Shown: piece by piece, positions 59,446-64,000 of the stretch | How positions within the stretch are numbered: position 1 is the stretch's first letter | How the letters are laid out: the number at the start of each line of letters is the position of its first letter | Virus record (IMG/VR): IMGVR_UViG_3300041964_000083 | Span: 64,001 to 128,000 of that record | Direction: 5' to 3' (one strand) | From: a virus | Length of the DNA: 64,000 nt | Position numbers and translations under genes: made by a program | Notes under the pieces: model-generated | Told to the model about the DNA's origin: nothing | The model's database searches: none | The model's input: the letters and a program-made list of their open reading frames with translations, nothing else

Positions 59446-61434
59446 TTACATCTCAGTGAACTTAATTTCGCAAGAGTGACACAAGGGCATCGAGAACAAA
59501 TTTAATTGACCTTGTTCCTCCAGCTGAAGCATTTTGCATTTTTTCACCCACCACGCAGGGGGTTGCTCTTCCCACCCCCACGGAAACCCTTGAGCCTTTA
59601 CGTCAGCTTCTAATGACTTGATTCTTGCGGCTATTTCTGGGTAGAAAAACTCTAGCTGCTCTAACTCATTAGGTTGAGCGTATGCTCCGCAGTTATGAAC
59701 CAATCCACCATGAGTAAGATAATTGGGTTCGCCAGCAATAGTAAGATTCTATGTTTGCTGAATTTCACTTTCGCTAACTGACTGAACAGTAGCCCACAAC
59801 CATCCATCCTCAAGAAAAGCGTATCGAGTTCTTTCGTTAGAGCGACCCACTTGATACATATGGCGAAATCCAGCAGAAATTGAGCTAGTTGATTTCTCTC
59901 TGGGCTTGGTTGTGCGAATACCATAAACTTTTCCTTGCCTTAAAAGCATTTCGTGAACTTGAAGCGCCAAAACTTTTGAAGTGGTGCAGTAAACCGAGTT
60001 CTTCTCTGTTTTCCCTTCTCTGTGTCGGGTATATTCAGATCCATCTCCAGTCCACATTGCTTCTAGTATTTTTGACTGCATGGCAACAGGCGCTAGCATT
60101 ATTGATTGGTTGAACGACTTCTCCCAACAGTATCGACCATCGATAAAACAAGAAACCCAGTCAGATGAACGCTTTCCGCAGTTCCTGACGGTAATAAATC
60201 TCCTACCCGTTCTGTCATCTACCCAATCTCTCCAGTGTGTTGGCAGTCCAAGCCCTTTTTCTATACAGAGCTTGATATCTAATGCCATTGTTTCGCTTTT
60301 AACAGAAACCGTAAAAATTATGCCGCCTTTACTGTTACGGTATTTATCTCTTCTCCAGTTGTAAGCCCCCTCTGCCATGAAATAGCCAAGCAATCTAAGT
60401 TGCTCATCTGTTAAGTTAATTGGTATTTCTTCTGTTCTAAATGGATAGCCCACGTAAAACTTTTGTTGGTTCCATACTGTTTGAGTTTTTCCTTGTGCAA
60501 ACTTCTGTTCGATTTCTCCAGCTTCTATGTAAATTGGTGCATCTATTTGAGCGCGACTGGTTCTTACTCCTTCTATTTTGGTTGTTTTATGTTGATATGG
60601 TCTGACATAAATAGGATGATTGCGTGTGATGTCTATTGCTGGTAAAAAATACGCTTTTAATGAAATCATTGGTTTTGGATCGTTACAATGAACTTTATAA
60701 ATGGGTTGAGGTGTAATACAACCTTCAATTGAACTGTGGATAACGTCACCGACTTCTAGATTGGCTATTTCAATCCATCCATTCGGTATTGAGATTAATG
60801 TGTCACCAGCAATACATAAACATTCTCCACTCATGCACAAGTTGTCTTTAACTGGGTTGCGGGGTAGGTTGTAAGACTTCATATAGCTTTGACAATCATC
60901 ATCACTAAACAACAAGGTAGGCGCAATCCAAACCCGGCTACCTTCTCGACGGTGAATTTCAGCTCCTTGTTTAAAATTACGCTTACGTCGATCGCTTTCA
61001 GCAATCCTTGCTCCCGTAACCAAACCAATTCGTTTTGCGCCTAATGTTTTGCGATCGCGCATAAACCTAGCAATTTACCGTTCTTTTAACCGCGTATACA
61101 TAAACTGATGCAAGTTTGCTCCTGGAAACCCCCAACGAAGAACTAAGTCTCGATAAATCATTGGATCTGGCGTACCGTCAGCGCGGGTATTTTCAACAGC
61201 TCGATAAATCTCTAAATGCCAGTTGTAGCGATTACAGGTATCTACGACGTATTGCTGTGTATCTGGAATACCTGTTCCGGTGTCTATATGCAAGATGCCT
61301 TTAAATTGGGGAGCTAAACTTGCAATGTGTGAAGAGACTAAAGAATCGTGACCCCCACTAAACATTCCCCAAATCTCGTCAACTTTATGTGTAGCAACAG
61401 CATCTTGAATTATTTCTACTGGCGTTAATTTCAT
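59446..61434 (-). pseudogene. PAPS-reductase-family protein with intein; two in-frame nonsense codons
   Basis: FSGGHDS PP-loop, DTG, TGARIAES, SGECL|CGAYA; in-frame TAA at 61075-61077 and TAG at 59749-59751. Confidence 0.88.
59692..60816 (-). mobile_element. Intein with LAGLIDADG homing endonuclease (375 codons)
   Basis: Starts CIAGDTLI, block B TRNHP, LLGYFMAEG and LEAMWTGDG, ends GLVHN followed by Cys +1. Confidence 0.9.
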
Positions 61435-61532
61435 TTTTGTGGCGATCCAAAAAACTTTAAGATGTTATTGCGAAAACCCTATTCGCGATATTTATAAGGT
61501 AACATAAACATCAATAATCATAAATTTACACT

Positions 61533-61766
61533 ATGCGATCGCGTATTCAAATTGATATGGAATACCTCAAGCAAGTCTACGCCGAGGAAAACTCGATTCC
61601 AAAAACAGCTGCACGATCTGGGTTGTCGTATGGAACTGTGCGATCGCGCTTGCTTGAAGCTGGAGTAACACTCAAGTCTCGTGGTGGGCAGTGCGTTGGA
61701 GACGAGAAAATGACCAATGCAGAGCGAACTTACAAACACCGTAAGCAGAAAAAGAAGGCGATCTGA
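61533..61766 (+). CDS. Small HTH DNA-binding protein
   Basis: SIPKTAARSGLSYGTVRSRLLEAGV. Confidence 0.7.
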   Translation: MRSRIQIDMEYLKQVYAEENSIPKTAARSGLSYGTVRSRLLEAGVTLKSRGGQCVGDEKMTNAERTYKHRKQKKKAI

Positions 61767-62018
61767 TCTGCAAAAAGCCGATCTGATCCTCGATCTACAA
61801 TACCCTAATTTACGTCATAGCAGTATAAGATCAGATCATAATTAATGTTATTTGCTTAATTTTTGTTATGTTGATCGTTTGCTAACACACTAAGTATTTA
61901 TACTCACCTAATAAAATATTTCTGACATTCATGTTGCATTAGTTGATATTTGCGTTACTATAAAGAGGTGATGCAAAAGCAAGCGATTTCAATCAACAAA
62001 CACACACGAGTAATTAAA

Positions 62019-63970
62019 ATGAACTTCCATAAAATCGAAGCAGGACAATATAAATCAGAAGAGGGTAGATTCCTAATCAAGAACACATACCACTCAAGAT
62101 GTCCGTGGATTGTGCAAGACGAGAAAGACGCAGAACCATTTAATACTGATAGATACGAAACGTTAACCGAAGCAAAAGCAGCAATTGTATTTCTCTGTCA
62201 GGTAGAAGTTAAACACCAACAGCTTTTAGATGCTGGGTACATCTTTGTACCTAATGAAAAGTTACCAGGCTTATGCTGGAAGTCACCATTCTCTAATCAA
62301 CTGTTTACTCGCGATGTTGCATTAGATGAGTTAGCCGCGAATCAATACTTACAAAGTTTAGCGTAATTGTCTTTTATAGTTCATAGCGATCGCGTGTAAT
62401 TAAGCACCTAGCTAGTGGCAGAGACTGGCGATCGCATGGGGTAACTCCAATGCACAAACTCAACACAAACAAAGTAATGAACAATTCACAGCGATTTACA
62501 CTAGCTAATGTTATCTCTAAGAGAATATACGACGACAAGAAAGGCTGGATTGATTTTGAGATTAACTTAACCGATGAACACAAAGCAGCGTTTGTAGATT
62601 TGTTTGGAAAACGCTGCCACGAGAAAACCAAAAGACGCTTACAGTCATTTATAAATTATCCTAGCGGTGCTGAAAATCACGGTATCTATGAGCGTGTAGT
62701 GTTTAATCATTATGGACAACCATGCCATTATGTTGCAGGGCAAAGCTATCCTGATGAGTTAAGAATAGTTCGTAATCTAATTTGCAATAGATAAAACAGC
62801 AGCGATCGCGGGTACTCAAACCCCTAGCCAGATGGTAGTGACTGGCGATCGCATGGGGCAACCCAACAAACCAACACAAAGGAATCAAGATGCTTACAGA
62901 CGAAATGAAAGACGCTGCATTAGTTGCTAAACTTCTTCAGGAGATGCACGAGCTATTGATACTGATTCAAGATGTATATGATCCAAAAGTTGGCTTAATG
63001 ATTTATGCCAATCTTACAGGAAAGCTTATCAGCGAAGAATACGAAAAGCCTTATACGTTGTTTGAATTCAGCTCTTATGAAGATGCTGTAGAGAAGCTAA
63101 AAGATTTTTACAATAGTTATACAACAGCAACTACAGTGACTTGGGATTGTCCTAAAACCAAAATACTTTACTATCATTGCGGATTACCAATTATAAGCAT
63201 TGATGGTAATGATTACGCAGTTGCTATCAATAGGGCAAAGTCACTAGAAGCGGCTACAGAACTAATTGAAGCAGAGATTGAAGATTACGACGAAGCTTTG
63301 GAAGAAAGCTGGGATAAAGACTTGTTAGATGAGTATCAGAAAATTGGTGCTGAAGCATTTTTTAAGAAACATGGCTACAGTTTCCTTGCAACTTACGACG
63401 AAGAAGAGATCACATTTGATAAATTAACATTTGAGCAACAATCGCAAGTGTTAGAAATTCTACCTAACGCTACGCAGTCTTTGTTGTATCGATTGTAGAA
63501 AGTGCGATCGCGTAGTCGTGATGAATGAGATCGAATCTCTCGCGATCACATGGGATTATTCCCAACAAACAAACACTTAGAGAATCATGAAATTTACTCG
63601 TACATTCATAGGTAGCGCTAAATCGGAAGCCGATCAAGAAGTTTTTAAGGTGATGTCAAAGTCTGCTTATTTTGGCAGATCTAATCAAATCACAACATCA
63701 TCGATTAATCACTTTATTAATCAGGTTTTACTTTCTGGGTATTTCAATTTTGAGGTTAAGCTTCTTGATGGAGGCTCAGAAACTTTTGAAGTTATCGGCT
63801 GGGTAGGAGACAAAGCAGACGGTATTGATTGGCAAGTGTTTGTTACATCCTCTGATAGTTTGGGCTGTATGTGTGATAACGGCTTCAAACCTTGCGGGAA
63901 GCAATGCATACCTATCGGAACATACTGTGATCCAGAATACGTAAGAGAAGAAGAAGCTTGTTTTAGTTAA
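62019..63970 (+). CDS. Array of four small early-type hypothetical genes (~62019-62366, ~62477-62794, 62890-63498, 63587-63970)
   Basis: Co-directional ORFs separated by related structured intergenic units. Confidence 0.6.
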
Positions 63971-64000
63971 TTGAATTACGCGATCGCACCTATCGGAGGT

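Larger units (their letters stand above)
1..64000. mobile_element. Segment of a large temperate cyanophage / prophage / phage-plasmid (boundaries outside window)
   Basis: Terminase, portal, tape measure, tail genes, recombinase and antirepressor-like genes throughout; dense HIP1 octamers; no host housekeeping flank. Confidence 0.9.

Noticed and set aside
59446-61434. Stop-codon reassignment or programmed read-through
   Set aside because: The two internal stops differ (TAA, TAG) and both codons terminate many normal genes in the window

Overview
The whole 64 kb is part of a large temperate cyanophage, prophage or phage-plasmid of a HIP1-rich cyanobacterium. There are roughly 100 GCGATCGC sites by manual count and a cyanobacterial-type dnaN; no host chromosome flank or att site is visible. 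Virion genes include a 3821-aa tape measure with 40 x 37-aa repeats, TerS/TerL, a DUF1073-type portal and tail/fibre genes. They are scattered and interleaved with blocks of small accessory genes: RHH/HTH regulators, BstA-like and antirepressor-like proteins, HNH and PD-(D/E)xK nucleases, a tyrosine recombinase, a PAPS-reductase-family gene with a LAGLIDADG intein, and an IS630. Several genes carry frameshifts or nonsense codons (decay or assembly error). The main unexplained structures are: (1) 13 copies of a 19-bp palindrome TGACAACG-N3-CGTTGTCA placed at module junctions, often overlapping stop codons and next to terminators, whose spacer polarity alternates strictly over the last 11 copies; (2) two paralogous winged-helix Rep-like genes, each with the same upstream architecture of inverted repeats around a ~110-bp AT-rich spacer plus a palindrome; (3) HIP1-stemmed leader hairpins in front of BstA-like genes and in the early gene array; (4) a shared TDAY..RLDA-Cys4-hydrophobic-helix tag on large proteins carrying hydrolase, J-domain and ParB-like domains.
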